64,000 nt of DNA, taken from the IMG/VR virus record IMGVR_UViG_2671180984_000014; one strand, written 5' to 3'. The stretch comes from a virus (Duplodnaviria; Heunggongvirae; Uroviricota; Caudoviricetes). How positions within the stretch are numbered: the stretch's first letter is position 1; each line of letters starts with the position of its first letter. Shown here piece by piece: positions 20,383 to 29,554 of the stretch. Made by a program: the position numbers and the translations under genes. A model generated the notes under the pieces. That model ran no database searches, had not been told where the DNA came from, and saw nothing but the letters and a program-made list of their open reading frames with translations.

Positions 20383-22089
20383 TTACTCAGAGTCACCGGC
20401 ATCAATCGTGTCGCCGCTTATGAAGTTAAGCCCGCCTTTTTTGGCCATTGTCAGCGTTACACGAGTGAAGTAATCAGCGCCGTTGCGTGGGTGCATATCG
20501 TTGATAGCCGAACCCCACAGTGTGGTACGGTTGACCAGCGCCGGAGTGGTCGGATGCTGGAACGGGATAGCCGGGACAGCATCACCAGTCACGAAGCCTG
20601 CTTTACCCGGATTTTCATCACGGACGTAGCACAGCACATCCATCGAGCTGAACTGAATGTTCTCTGTCGTTAAGTTCTTACAAATACCAGCAGGTACTTC
20701 GTACACTTTCACGTTACCGAACAGGGTACCGATGTAGTGAACATACGGAGTCTGGATATAGTCTTCGGCTGGCTGGAAGAAATCCTTCGGCAACTGTTTG
20801 AAGAAAGATGCTGCATCAGCACCAGCAAACATCCCCATCGCACCAGAAGATTTAACGCGCTCAATAATGTCGCGATATACAGTCTGGAATTTGCCACGAA
20901 TGATGGTTGCCCATACATTAAAGGACTGGTTAACCGGCAGAGCGATGTCAAAGGTGTCGGTCGCAAGAGTACGCCAGATCATGATGCGAAGACGCAGCAT
21001 ATCCTGTTCATGAGACAGGTATTCCTTCAGGGTGCGGAACTGTAGGGAACCCAGGTCCAGACCAAATTCACGCTGTGCTTCATACGCCGCCTGTACCGTG
21101 TGCTCAGCCGCGATAACGAACTGACTTGGGAACAGGGTGTATTTCTTCATTTCGTGGTTGATCAGCGGGATCAGCTCAGGTGCGGCTTCAATATTGATTT
21201 CCGTCTCAATTGCGATCTCAGTGCCTTTATCCGGCGCTTTGGAGAACGACAGGGCAATCTGACCAATGTTGTAGTTCAGAGAGCAGGTAACAGTGATTTG
21301 CTCACCAGCAGCATTAGTAAACGAGTGAAGTAGGCTGCCGGAACCGTTATCAACAACAGACTTAATACGGTTAACGTAGATGTTAGTGCGACCTTTTCGG
21401 ATTGGTACATTCTGGCCTTCGAAGTCTTCCATCTTGAAGGTTGCGGTTTTGCTGGTGCCATCGGAGCTTGCCACCAGCACATAGCGGCGACGTAACTGGC
21501 TGTACACACCAACGGATTGCATGTCCAGAACATCACCAGCAGCATAAGAACCAAAAGAGGAACCTGCCACGTTAAAGACTTCATAGATGTCGGACTGGTC
21601 ACGCGTAACCGGAATGAAGGTACACGCATCAGCGGTAGCTGCCCCCAACTGAACAGGCAGGATCATCGCGAGGAATAAAGGCAGACGCATAACACCGTCA
21701 GAAACGCTCATCATCTCTGCTGCGACGGATTCCAGCATCGCTTTATTAGTGGCATCCATGCTATTGCGGGTGGACTCAATCAGGCAGTTTTCCAGCGTCT
21801 GGTGGCAGGAGGCCAGAATTTCCGGACGCGGCATAGATTTATGTGCTGCGGCGTAGTCAGCCAGTGCACTTGCCCACGCTGTAGCGATTTGAGCGGTGGC
21901 ATTATCAGAGATACCCGCAAAAACCGGGTCTTTACGTGCAGCTTCAAGGATAGATGCGGCACGCGCGGCATCATCTTTAATGAATTGGTTATCAGTACCG
22001 AACTGCGCAGTGCTTGCCCAGCCAAGCACAGCTTTAGAGCGTTTTGCGATATCTGCAATACGATTCTGGTATTCGCGTAAGTTACTCAA
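20383..22089 (-). CDS. putative major capsid protein precursor
   Basis: Helical N-terminal region then a large beta-rich body; no ATG near the 5' end; preferred start is TTG at 22089 behind SD AAGGAAG (track start at 22110 is also TTG). Confidence 0.4.
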   Translation of the reverse strand: MSNLREYQNRIADIAKRSKAVLGWASTAQFGTDNQFIKDDAARAASILEAARKDPVFAGISDNATAQIATAWASALADYAAAHKSMPRPEILASCHQTLENCLIESTRNSMDATNKAMLESVAAEMMSVSDGVMRLPLFLAMILPVQLGAATADACTFIPVTRDQSDIYEVFNVAGSSFGSYAAGDVLDMQSVGVYSQLRRRYVLVASSDGTSKTATFKMEDFEGQNVPIRKGRTNIYVNRIKSVVDNGSGSLLHSFTNAAGEQITVTCSLNYNIGQIALSFSKAPDKGTEIAIETEINIEAAPELIPLINHEMKKYTLFPSQFVIAAEHTVQAAYEAQREFGLDLGSLQFRTLKEYLSHEQDMLRLRIMIWRTLATDTFDIALPVNQSFNVWATIIRGKFQTVYRDIIERVKSSGAMGMFAGADAASFFKQLPKDFFQPAEDYIQTPYVHYIGTLFGNVKVYEVPAGICKNLTTENIQFSSMDVLCYVRDENPGKAGFVTGDAVPAIPFQHPTTPALVNRTTLWGSAINDMHPRNGADYFTRVTLTMAKKGGLNFISGDTIDAGDSE

Positions 22090-22104
22090 TTTACTCTTCC
22101 TTAA

Positions 22105-22169
22105 ACACAAGGCACTTGTGTGAATCCCTTTTCGGAAGAGATTTTATTGAAAGTCACTTGTTGACTTTC
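22105..22169 (-). promoter_or_regulatory. putative late promoter/leader: two perfect inverted repeats
   Basis: ACACAAGGCACTTGTGT (22105-22121) and GAAAGTCACTTGTTGACTTTC (22149-22169); the latter shares its core with 11065-11077, 43911-43925 and 60824-60839. Confidence 0.35.
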
Positions 22170-22225
22170 TCGTGACAAGCAATTTTTTTATTTTTTCGGG
22201 AGTAGGGGAGGAAGGTAAAATCCAA

Positions 22226-22313
22226 GGTGAAATCGTGGCGATTTCACCTTGAAATTTTAGATGGATTTACTTTAAAAACAGTAGGTTAATAGTGAAATTT
22301 GAATGGCGAAAGT
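22226..22313. promoter_or_regulatory. parS: parS partition site (centromere)
   Basis: Immediately after parB stop; reverse complement reads AAACTTTCGCCATTCAAATTTCACTATTAACC...TTTCAAGGTGAAATCGCCACGATTTCACC with ATTTCAC and TCGCCA motifs around an AT-rich core, as in P1 parS. Confidence 0.8.
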
Positions 22314-23315
22314 TTAAGGCTTCGGCTTTTTATCGAGGCTCTTTCTAAGGATATGCCCAATCATCCTGTCGAGTTCTTCCTGTAGCTCTTTTGAAAGTCG
22401 ATTAAACTCATAAGAAAATGCACGGCCTTTCACGCGCTTCCTTGCAAAGCGATCCTTGTCCTCAAATTTCCATAATTCAGTAACTACGGACTTATCTTTA
22501 GAACCTTTATCCGTGAGTAGTGAGGCTTCCTTTGTTATCAAGCGCAGGATTTTATTTTTAACTTCATCTTCGGCCATTTCTTCAATGGATAAGATGTCGT
22601 TTATTTCCGGGGATATGTTTTGAATAAGCTGATCAAACTCTAAATTCTTGTTCCCCATTTCGTCGCCAACAGCACAAAGCGTTTTGTAGTCCGAAAAGGT
22701 TAATTCCGACTGCACAGGGAAAAGGGCGACTAATTCTTCCGGAGCACTCGCTGCCTGGAGAGCACGCGTGACCTTCGCCTGAGACAGCCCTTCTTTGGCT
22801 GCAATATCCTTCTGACTCATCCCATCATTTTTCATTCGCATCAAACGCAGACCTATTTCTCGAATGCTGTGCTGCAATGCTGTCTGAACGTCTTTCGCTA
22901 AATTTTGCGCTTCCTGAACGCTGATCTCCTGGTCCGTGACTAAAACCCGCAACCCTACGTTCTCTAAGATGGCAGAAGCTCGACGCCGGGAACCATCCAA
23001 AATTTCAATTTTCCCTGTAGCCCGTCTAACACCTATTGCAGGGTAAAATTGCTGATGCTTAATAGTGCTTCGGATACTTTTTAATGATTTTGGCGTAAGA
23101 GATGCCTGGTCACGCCCGTTGTTATGCTGATCAACAAAGGTATCGCTTTCTACCTGGTTCGGAGGTATTACCTCTTCAATAAATGTGGCCTGGCGACCAG
23201 TTGATAACTTGAATACCTGCTCGACTCGATCGCCAGAGGCTGAAGAACTATCAAATCCGCTTAATATTGAAGGATTAAGGGTTCGCCCAATTGTTGGTCT
23301 GTTTTTCTTTGACAT
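22314..23315 (-). CDS. parB: ParB partition protein (333 aa)
   Basis: ParB-type HTH region (MSQKDIAAKEGLSQAKVTRAL); follows parA; followed by parS. Confidence 0.85.
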   Translation of the reverse strand: MSKKNRPTIGRTLNPSILSGFDSSSASGDRVEQVFKLSTGRQATFIEEVIPPNQVESDTFVDQHNNGRDQASLTPKSLKSIRSTIKHQQFYPAIGVRRATGKIEILDGSRRRASAILENVGLRVLVTDQEISVQEAQNLAKDVQTALQHSIREIGLRLMRMKNDGMSQKDIAAKEGLSQAKVTRALQAASAPEELVALFPVQSELTFSDYKTLCAVGDEMGNKNLEFDQLIQNISPEINDILSIEEMAEDEVKNKILRLITKEASLLTDKGSKDKSVVTELWKFEDKDRFARKRVKGRAFSYEFNRLSKELQEELDRMIGHILRKSLDKKPKP

Positions 23316-23331
23316 GGGGGTTTCTTACTCC

Positions 23332-24528
23332 TCAGTTAGATCTGATAAATTCAATACGGTCAAAAACTGCTTTAGCAAAATCTTCCGCGGCAATTCGCGC
23401 GTTCTTCAATGCATCAGCACTACCAACATACGTTGCAGGGTTAGCTGAAATAACAGTGTCAAAAGACTCGCCGCAGCGTTCAAAACCGTCAAGGCGAGGG
23501 AGGACGACATCAAGCATATCCCCACCGAACACTTCTTTAGCCAGGCTATGGCAATACTTATGGTCTGCCTTGTTACTCAACTTGGACATAAAACCAATGT
23601 TAGTCGCAAGCTGGCACTCGCAGCCTTCATCCGAAATGAGTTTCACCAACTCAGGAAGGCGGGCAACGTATTTAAGCGATGAGTGGAAATCAACCGTTGC
23701 AGGCGGCAGAGGTGTAAACAGTATATTGGCCGAGGCCAAAGCATTTTTCAGGAAGGCGTCAAGGTGAGGACCACTATCAACGAGGATAAAGTCATAATCG
23801 CTCTTCAGCTTATCAATCACATTTTCTTTCAGGACAGCATGGATGTTCTGACCCGGTAGATGCTCATTGCACAGCTCTCTCCAATCGGATGCAATAAAGG
23901 CATCGTCAATCGACGCAGGCATAACGTCAACCCCAGGTACAACAGAAGGAACAATAAACTCCTCTAACAGCTCTTCACGGCTTACATTCTGCAACATAGC
24001 CTGTGCAGATGTTGCGTTTACGATACCAATAGAGTGTTTATGGCTTAAAAACATCGTTGCTGAAGATTGCGGATCAAGGTCAATAACCAGAATCCTTAAA
24101 TCTTCCATCAGAAGATGAGGGTGAGCACGCATTGCATGCGCCAGAGAAACCGTCGATACAGTTTTTGACACACCGCCTTTAAGATTGGAGATGAAAATCA
24201 CATACGCTTCGCTGTAGCGATCCCGGTATTTTGGCACTCCGCGATGTTCATATATGTCAATGATGTTCTGAATTGACATCGCATATTTCATTGAAGAGCC
24301 AGCAGGGCGTTTATCGAAAACATAACCCTTTTCTTCCATTTCACTTACGGCATAGTCAACGTTCGCTCGAGTCAGTAGAGGCAATTTTGCCAGTGCCGCT
24401 TTCGCATAGACCTGGTAAAACTCGTTCGCGTGTAGCTCATCCTTTTGCAACTGTACTTGTTCAGTCAGAACATTGAGCATTCTGTTTGCTCTTTGAGCAA
24501 CCTTGTGAAGCTGGCTGGAATCACTCAT
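23332..24528 (-). CDS. parA: ParA partition ATPase, type Ia (398 aa)
   Basis: Deviant Walker A NLKGGVSKTVSTVSLA, Walker B-like LVIDLDPQ, ~100-aa N-terminal extension. Confidence 0.85.
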   Translation of the reverse strand: MSDSSQLHKVAQRANRMLNVLTEQVQLQKDELHANEFYQVYAKAALAKLPLLTRANVDYAVSEMEEKGYVFDKRPAGSSMKYAMSIQNIIDIYEHRGVPKYRDRYSEAYVIFISNLKGGVSKTVSTVSLAHAMRAHPHLLMEDLRILVIDLDPQSSATMFLSHKHSIGIVNATSAQAMLQNVSREELLEEFIVPSVVPGVDVMPASIDDAFIASDWRELCNEHLPGQNIHAVLKENVIDKLKSDYDFILVDSGPHLDAFLKNALASANILFTPLPPATVDFHSSLKYVARLPELVKLISDEGCECQLATNIGFMSKLSNKADHKYCHSLAKEVFGGDMLDVVLPRLDGFERCGESFDTVISANPATYVGSADALKNARIAAEDFAKAVFDRIEFIRSN

Positions 24529-24665
24529 CGAAAGTCATCCTTTATGCTGTATTTTTGAATTTAATTAAAAATGCTGCATAAAATAATAATGTATGCGTAG
24601 ATGCTTGTACATGGCATTCTCTGCATGTTTTGTTCATTTTGCACGATTGAGAGTTACAAGAAAGG

Positions 24666-24689
24666 CACAAAAAAGCCCCGTTCAGGGGC
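24666..24689 (-). terminator. rho-independent terminator closing the two-gene cassette
   Basis: Minus-strand hairpin GCCCCTGAACGGGGC followed by TTTTTT. Confidence 0.6.
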
Positions 24690-24696
24690 ATCAGTG

Positions 24697-25101
24697 TTAT
24701 TTGCTAAGAGCAGCGAATAATCGTTCGAAATCGATAGTATCTATAGCACGCGTAAGCGCCGGAAGTTCAGCCTCAAAGTACCCGTGTCGATCGTAAAAGA
24801 AGGGACCGAAGAGCGAGGCATGTTGGATTCTACTTCGCCCCAGCCCGGACACACAGTTAAGCCCATTACCGGCTAAAAGGCTAAAAAACTTCTCTGGATT
24901 ATCGTGGTAAAGCTGAGAATCAATGGTGGCGGTTAACTCTTCCATAGGGAAGCACACCCGCCCTGTCTCCCAGGGATATTTAGTCCGAAGCATAAACATT
25001 GCTTTCAGCAATTCACATTGAGCGCGGATCGCGTCCGGTTCATAGCCAGATATGGAGACATAAGCCACGTCCCTCATTCCTGCGTCATCTTTGAAAGTCA
25101 C
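24697..25101 (-). CDS. hypothetical protein (134 aa) of the incA-par cassette
   Basis: ORF with no recognisable motif. Confidence 0.4.
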   Translation of the reverse strand: MTFKDDAGMRDVAYVSISGYEPDAIRAQCELLKAMFMLRTKYPWETGRVCFPMEELTATIDSQLYHDNPEKFFSLLAGNGLNCVSGLGRSRIQHASLFGPFFYDRHGYFEAELPALTRAIDTIDFERLFAALSK

Positions 25102-25170
25102 GATAGAAGTAACATCCAGTTCTTTTTCGAAAGAGCGAGCAGCATCTACTGGACGCTGAAGTAAATCATT

Positions 25171-25506
25171 CTACTTAATGCGCTCGAGAATCCCTCCCCA
25201 CATATCATTTAGATATTCGATATGAGCCAAAACCTTATCAAGACACTCTCGTGTAAACCATTCAGTATGCCCGCCACCGGCGCTTTTCTCCCACGGCGCA
25301 TTCCAGGGGAAAAAGGTTGCGTGTAAAGCCCGCTCAAGATTAACCATTGCCAAACGCGTACCACGATAGACCCGTGAAAGCGCAAAATCGGGACTCACTT
25401 GTAGCCCTTTAAACCGTGCCAATGGACCACATGAAATGCCGATTTTAAAAGTATCTCCGTTCTCCGGCACCAGAACGTAGAGGTAGTGTTGTTTCTCTTC
25501 TTGCAT
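25171..25506 (-). CDS. T5orf172 / GIY-YIG-like domain protein (111 aa)
   Basis: YLYVLVPENGDTFKIGIS ... GGHTEWF resembles the T5orf172 signature. Confidence 0.45.
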   Translation of the reverse strand: MQEEKQHYLYVLVPENGDTFKIGISCGPLARFKGLQVSPDFALSRVYRGTRLAMVNLERALHATFFPWNAPWEKSAGGGHTEWFTRECLDKVLAHIEYLNDMWGGILERIK

Positions 25507-25540
25507 ATCAATACCACTGCTTGATGAGAACCGCGCAAAT

Positions 25541-25767
25541 GTTGACTATGCGCGATGTGACTACAGTCAAAAGTTGACTGTAGTCGATTTAACTCCACCA
25601 AAGATCGACTATGTAAGATATTGTCGGGAGAAACGTTGACTATACGCGATGAAATGACCCTAAAAGCCATCTCAATAGCGACTTGCAGAATATTGACGCC
25701 AGCAAAAATCCACCAGCGTCAACGAATGTCGCCTATAGTCAACTTCTCGCTATCGCATATAGTCAAT
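25541..25767. repeat. incA-like iteron cluster downstream of repA
   Basis: At least seven copies of the core (A)TCGCGYATAGTCAAC in both orientations. Confidence 0.65.
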
Positions 25768-25768
25768 A

Positions 25769-26710
25769 TTATGGATTGCGCTTATGGATCTGAAAGCCGA
25801 TTTTCCTGCCGTTTTTTATCTCTGAAAATTTAAGATATTCAATAGCTTCCAAATCTTTCATGGCTTTTCTGATAACGCTATTTTGCACGCTAACGGATGA
25901 TTTGAGATTAAGCCTTGCTCTAAGGCGCTCAATGCTGACAGGTGCCGGGTTGGCGGGTAGAGCCTCAAAGAATGTATACAGTACCTTGGCCGTCTCTTTG
26001 CGCCCGAGCTTATCCAGCATCTTCAGCTTCAGGATTCGCTTATAGTCAACATAGTAAAGTTCAGATAGCTGTTTCTGCGGCTGGATCTCGATAACATCAA
26101 GCTCGGTATTCAGGCTGCTATATGCCAACAAGTTGACGTTAATGTTATTGAGATGACCTTTTGCCGCCGGGAAGCGGAATTTGACAACTGTCTGCTGAAT
26201 GCGTGTCAGAGAGTCATCAATACTTTTACGGAACGCCTTTGAAAGGCGCTTACGTGGATAGCCGCATCGATCGGCAAACTCGGAGAATGGCAGGGTGATT
26301 ATGCCGTCATCATCAGGTGCGTAGTCAAACAACGCGGAGGTTATGCCCACCCACACCTTAAAATCAGTATCCATATCCAGGCGTGGACCATGAATTTCAA
26401 TTCCCTCATAGCCTTCCTGCTCAACAATTTTGAGGCTTGATAGTTCTTCGGTTGCGTTCGTTGTGTTTGTAGTAACTGACGATCCGCGACGTAGTGCCAC
26501 ATTGGTAGATTTTAAGGTTGGCACAAACACACCTAAGCGCAACAAAGCAATGGGTTGTATAGTGCTATTGTTATTGGGTTTCAGGCTGTGGATTTCTCCT
26601 GTATTTCCTGCAACTTCTTCAACGCTAAGGAAGCCTTTATTTTCTTCCAGCATCGTGGTTTCTCCATATGTGGCGCGGCCTGGCGTCATCTGGATTGCAG
26701 TTATCAACAA
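25769..26710 (-). CDS. repA: iteron-binding replication initiator RepA
   Basis: Rep-family initiator (LRLGVFVP, GPRLDMDTDFKVWVGI) flanked by iterons; start may be an internal Met. Confidence 0.8.
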   Translation of the reverse strand: MLITAIQMTPGRATYGETTMLEENKGFLSVEEVAGNTGEIHSLKPNNNSTIQPIALLRLGVFVPTLKSTNVALRRGSSVTTNTTNATEELSSLKIVEQEGYEGIEIHGPRLDMDTDFKVWVGITSALFDYAPDDDGIITLPFSEFADRCGYPRKRLSKAFRKSIDDSLTRIQQTVVKFRFPAAKGHLNNINVNLLAYSSLNTELDVIEIQPQKQLSELYYVDYKRILKLKMLDKLGRKETAKVLYTFFEALPANPAPVSIERLRARLNLKSSVSVQNSVIRKAMKDLEAIEYLKFSEIKNGRKIGFQIHKRNP

Positions 26711-26730
26711 CTGTGAATAGTCAGGCTCTA

Positions 26731-26834
26731 AAATCGCGTACAGTCAATGTTTCTGTCGCATATAGTCAACAATAAATCGCGTGCAGTCAACAATAAATCG
26801 TGCACAGTCAACATAAAATCGCGTATAGTCAATG
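26731..26834. repeat. origin iterons (incC-like), five ~21-bp direct repeats
   Basis: AAATCGCGTRYAGTCAACAAT x5; DnaA-box-like TTATCAACA at 26701-26709. Confidence 0.7.
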
Positions 26835-26986
26835 TTGATCCCATTTCAGGCCAGAAATGGCGCGGCTTACAGCGATCCGGGATCTTCTTTGGATCTTCCT
26901 GGGTTCTCTTTAGGATCTGTTTATTGGATCTATGCTGTGGATAAGTTGAATAAACCGGCCAACATAGCCGGTTGGAAGGAAGGGTA

Positions 26987-27379
26987 TTATTCTACGCTTT
27001 CGATAAGAAGACCATGTTCATAACATTTAAGCTCATCGCCTTCGTACAGGAATTGGTATCCAATACCACCATTTTCATGGACATTAGGGAATAACTCATA
27101 ACTCACTGAAGAGCAAATCACACCAATGCAGCGATCAACGCCTTCTCGTTCTTCAGTGCTGAAAAAATCCTCTTCGGTAAGAACATGAGTACATTGCTCA
27201 TCAGCATAGGTCGGAAATACATGCTCGATGCAATCCGGGTGTTTTAAACCAAGCTGATCGGCAAGCTCGAAAGCATGACGGTATTGTTCAGATCCTGGCT
27301 TGCCAACAGTGATGTGCTCAATTTTGTAAATTGAAGTCGCTTTGTTGATAGTTTGCTTTACTGTTACTTTATCAGACAT
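26987..27379 (-). CDS. hypothetical protein (130 aa)
   Basis: ORF. Confidence 0.35.
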   Translation of the reverse strand: MSDKVTVKQTINKATSIYKIEHITVGKPGSEQYRHAFELADQLGLKHPDCIEHVFPTYADEQCTHVLTEEDFFSTEEREGVDRCIGVICSSVSYELFPNVHENGGIGYQFLYEGDELKCYEHGLLIESVE

Positions 27380-27390
27380 AAAAATCCCTT

Positions 27391-27642
27391 TTAGTTACCG
27401 CTGATAGCGCGGTTGTAATCATTAACGTTGCGATTCTTCCTGTTAATCCCCATCAGCATCGTTTCTGTATCGAGGATATACGCTGGCAGATCATCAAAAT
27501 ATTCACTGCTAAACTCTGGCATCCTGCACATAAACGCACTTTTGGGGGCAGGGTGGTTAACCTTTGTCGGCGTCGGCGTTAAATTCGCTGATCGACTCCC
27601 GGAGCAACCGCTGAGTGTCAGCAGGAATGCGCTGGCGAACAT
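27391..27642 (-). CDS. outer-membrane lipoprotein, o-spanin (Rz1)-like
   Basis: Lipobox LTLSGC, Pro-rich mature part (TPTPTKVNHPAPK); start overlaps 3' end of 27557-28006 in another frame. Confidence 0.45.
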   Translation of the reverse strand: MFASAFLLTLSGCSGSRSANLTPTPTKVNHPAPKSAFMCRMPEFSSEYFDDLPAYILDTETMLMGINRKNRNVNDYNRAISGN

Positions 27643-28006
27643 TACCCGCCGCAACCAGTTGTTTCTGAACTTCAGCTTTTCGTTCCATTTGCCTGTCAGC
27701 ATATTTGGCTTGTTCTGATTCATTTTTCACTTCCTGGCTGTGAAAATGTTGCTCTGCTTTGTTCATCGTCTCAATGGTCTGGTTAAGATCCATTATTGAC
27801 TTATCACGTTCCTTAACAGCCTGATCAAGACTGCCAATTTTCTCCATGGCTTGCTTTAGCTGATGACGTTCCCATGCAAACCCAGCACCAACAAGTGCGC
27901 AAATCAGAACAAGAACACCAGTAGCAGCAAGTTTCTCCTTCAAAGACAAAGCTGTTTTTAACGTAGAAAAGAATGACATGTCTTCCTCCTGAAGAAAAAT
28001 TATCAA
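27557..28006 (-). CDS. i-spanin (Rz)-like: N-terminal TM helix plus coiled coil
   Basis: TM segment ATGVLVLICALVGAGFAW then charged coiled-coil region. Confidence 0.4.
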   Translation of the reverse strand: MIIFLQEEDMSFFSTLKTALSLKEKLAATGVLVLICALVGAGFAWERHQLKQAMEKIGSLDQAVKERDKSIMDLNQTIETMNKAEQHFHSQEVKNESEQAKYADRQMERKAEVQKQLVAAGNVRQRIPADTQRLLRESISEFNADADKG

Positions 28007-28018
28007 TGAAGTCCTTTG

Positions 28019-28807
28019 TTACCGTGCCGCTTTGTTTAATTCATCAAGAACAGAATCAGGAACCAAAGCGGCGACTGCGCTGGCTGTGCTGGCCTTATTT
28101 GCTGATGCTTCCGCAAGCGCGGTACCGATAGCATGGTTATAAGCAGTTATGGCTACGTTGGCGCTTTCATTCGCTCGTTCATACTGCTGTTGTAACGCAG
28201 TTGTGGGTGCTGTTGTCTGGTTGAAAACAACCCCAAACTGTTCAGTTGCTACTTTCAGAGATTCAATTTGCTCTTCTGTTAGTGCTGGTGGGGGAGTGGC
28301 AGTGCCGCCGCCTGAACCAGAGCCTGACGAGCTTTCTGAGCCAGTGTTAAGGGCCTGGTTAATCTCCCCCATTGCAGCGACTAAACTTGATGTATTAAGC
28401 GCGTTAACAGCGTCCTCAAGCGATTTAGTAATATTCACATCACCAATGGCAATAGAGATCGGCAGTTCTGAAACTTCTCGCTCATTAGCACGGCAGTAAA
28501 CATCCCAACCAATATCGAGTTGAAGCAGCATTGACAGATCTGCATAACCAGCCAACAGGTCCGCGTGCTTAGTTGCCAGTTCTCCAATGTTCGTTAAGCC
28601 GGTTGTGGTTGTTCTGATCGTTGAAACATAGCTGGTAATAGTGTCGGGATAGACAATTGTATCCAGAATTAATCCGGTCAATTCTTCTGCAAGCAGTTTT
28701 GCTGTGTTAGCACTGTTTCGTGCCGATGTTATGGCACCAGGTGTTTTCATCCCACCGGCGGCGGCCAATTTTTTATATGCGGATAACTGGTAGTCTTTTT
28801 CCAACAT
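28019..28807 (-). CDS. hypothetical protein (~262 aa)
   Basis: Track ORF 28019-28864 trimmed to internal Met (MLEKDYQ...) to avoid overlap with upstream gene. Confidence 0.3.
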   Translation of the reverse strand: MLEKDYQLSAYKKLAAAGGMKTPGAITSARNSANTAKLLAEELTGLILDTIVYPDTITSYVSTIRTTTTGLTNIGELATKHADLLAGYADLSMLLQLDIGWDVYCRANEREVSELPISIAIGDVNITKSLEDAVNALNTSSLVAAMGEINQALNTGSESSSGSGSGGGTATPPPALTEEQIESLKVATEQFGVVFNQTTAPTTALQQQYERANESANVAITAYNHAIGTALAEASANKASTASAVAALVPDSVLDELNKAAR

Positions 28808-28815
28808 GATATCTC

Positions 28816-29100
28816 CTAACTTACCTGAACCAGGCCGTCTCCGGACGCTACGGTAGATCCGCATGAAACAGGGTCACCAACGCATACGATCCCTTTACCA
28901 TTGACGGTAAACCATGCCCTGGTTGATATAGCTTGCCCACCGTGCGTACTGTTTCCATCGGTATGCTGTGCATATTGCTTACCATCAACTAACACTTCGA
29001 CTCCGTTGACTTTAAGTAGTGGTTCACTCTCTACAGGAGGCCTGGATGGGAATCCTCCGTGCCCCGAACAAATGCTGTCTTTTGTTGCAATGCTTGCCAC
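28816..29100 (-). CDS. PAAR-like small spike-tip protein (94 aa)
   Basis: Motifs SGHGG, THGG and VCVGDPVSCGS typical of PAAR-repeat proteins. Confidence 0.4.
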   Translation of the reverse strand: MASIATKDSICSGHGGFPSRPPVESEPLLKVNGVEVLVDGKQYAQHTDGNSTHGGQAISTRAWFTVNGKGIVCVGDPVSCGSTVASGDGLVQVS

Positions 29101-29181
29101 GCCATCACCAATTATTTGCTCTGATTTTCGTTATTTTAACTTAGGTTATTTGTGGTCTGTATGGCGTTTACTTATCGCAAA

Positions 29182-29198
29182 ATTGCTCTAATAAATAT
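29182..29198 (+). promoter_or_regulatory. C1-type operator (ATTGCTCTAATAAATAT) in divergent promoter region
   Basis: 15/17 match; precedes the hrdC-dmt operon. Confidence 0.65.
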
Positions 29199-29269
29199 TG
29201 TTTTTTATGTCGTATTTTCGGTACCATTCAGCCATCGCCCTTCAATGGGCATTTGTTTGGAGTCGTCAG

Positions 29270-29554
29270 ATGCAGATGGAGCTAATAAGCCGCAAAGAGT
29301 TCGATAGCCGTGTAACCAGCGGTGAACTCGACAACTTGCAGGCTATCAAGGTGAAAGAAGGCTTTTGCCTCATTGGGAATCAGAGCGGAATAAATCGCGT
29401 TTTTATGCTTCGCCGTACGGATTTGAAGCCATTTGTCTGGAAGAACGAAATTGGTCCCAGCTCATACGCTCAAACGAGGGGGTGCCACAACCTGGCCTTT
29501 TTCTACAAAGACGAGCTTTCTGTGGTTGATATTCAAGGGTTACAACATGTTTAA
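29270..29554 (+). CDS. small protein upstream of the rdgC homolog (~94 aa)
   Basis: Internal Met of track ORF 29198-29554; start uncertain. Confidence 0.3.
   Translation: MQMELISRKEFDSRVTSGELDNLQAIKVKEGFCLIGNQSGINRVFMLRRTDLKPFVWKNEIGPSSYAQTRGCHNLAFFYKDELSVVDIQGLQHV

Noticed and set aside
20383-22110. Track start (TTG at 22110) for the capsid-like gene
   Set aside because: A TTG seven codons downstream (22089) has a proper AAGGAAG Shine-Dalgarno and avoids the upstream inverted repeat; used that instead.
25541-26834. Possible CRISPR array suggested by clustered short repeats
   Set aside because: Repeats are ~21 bp, irregularly spaced, in both orientations and flank a Rep initiator gene: these are replicon iterons, not CRISPR repeats; no cas genes present.
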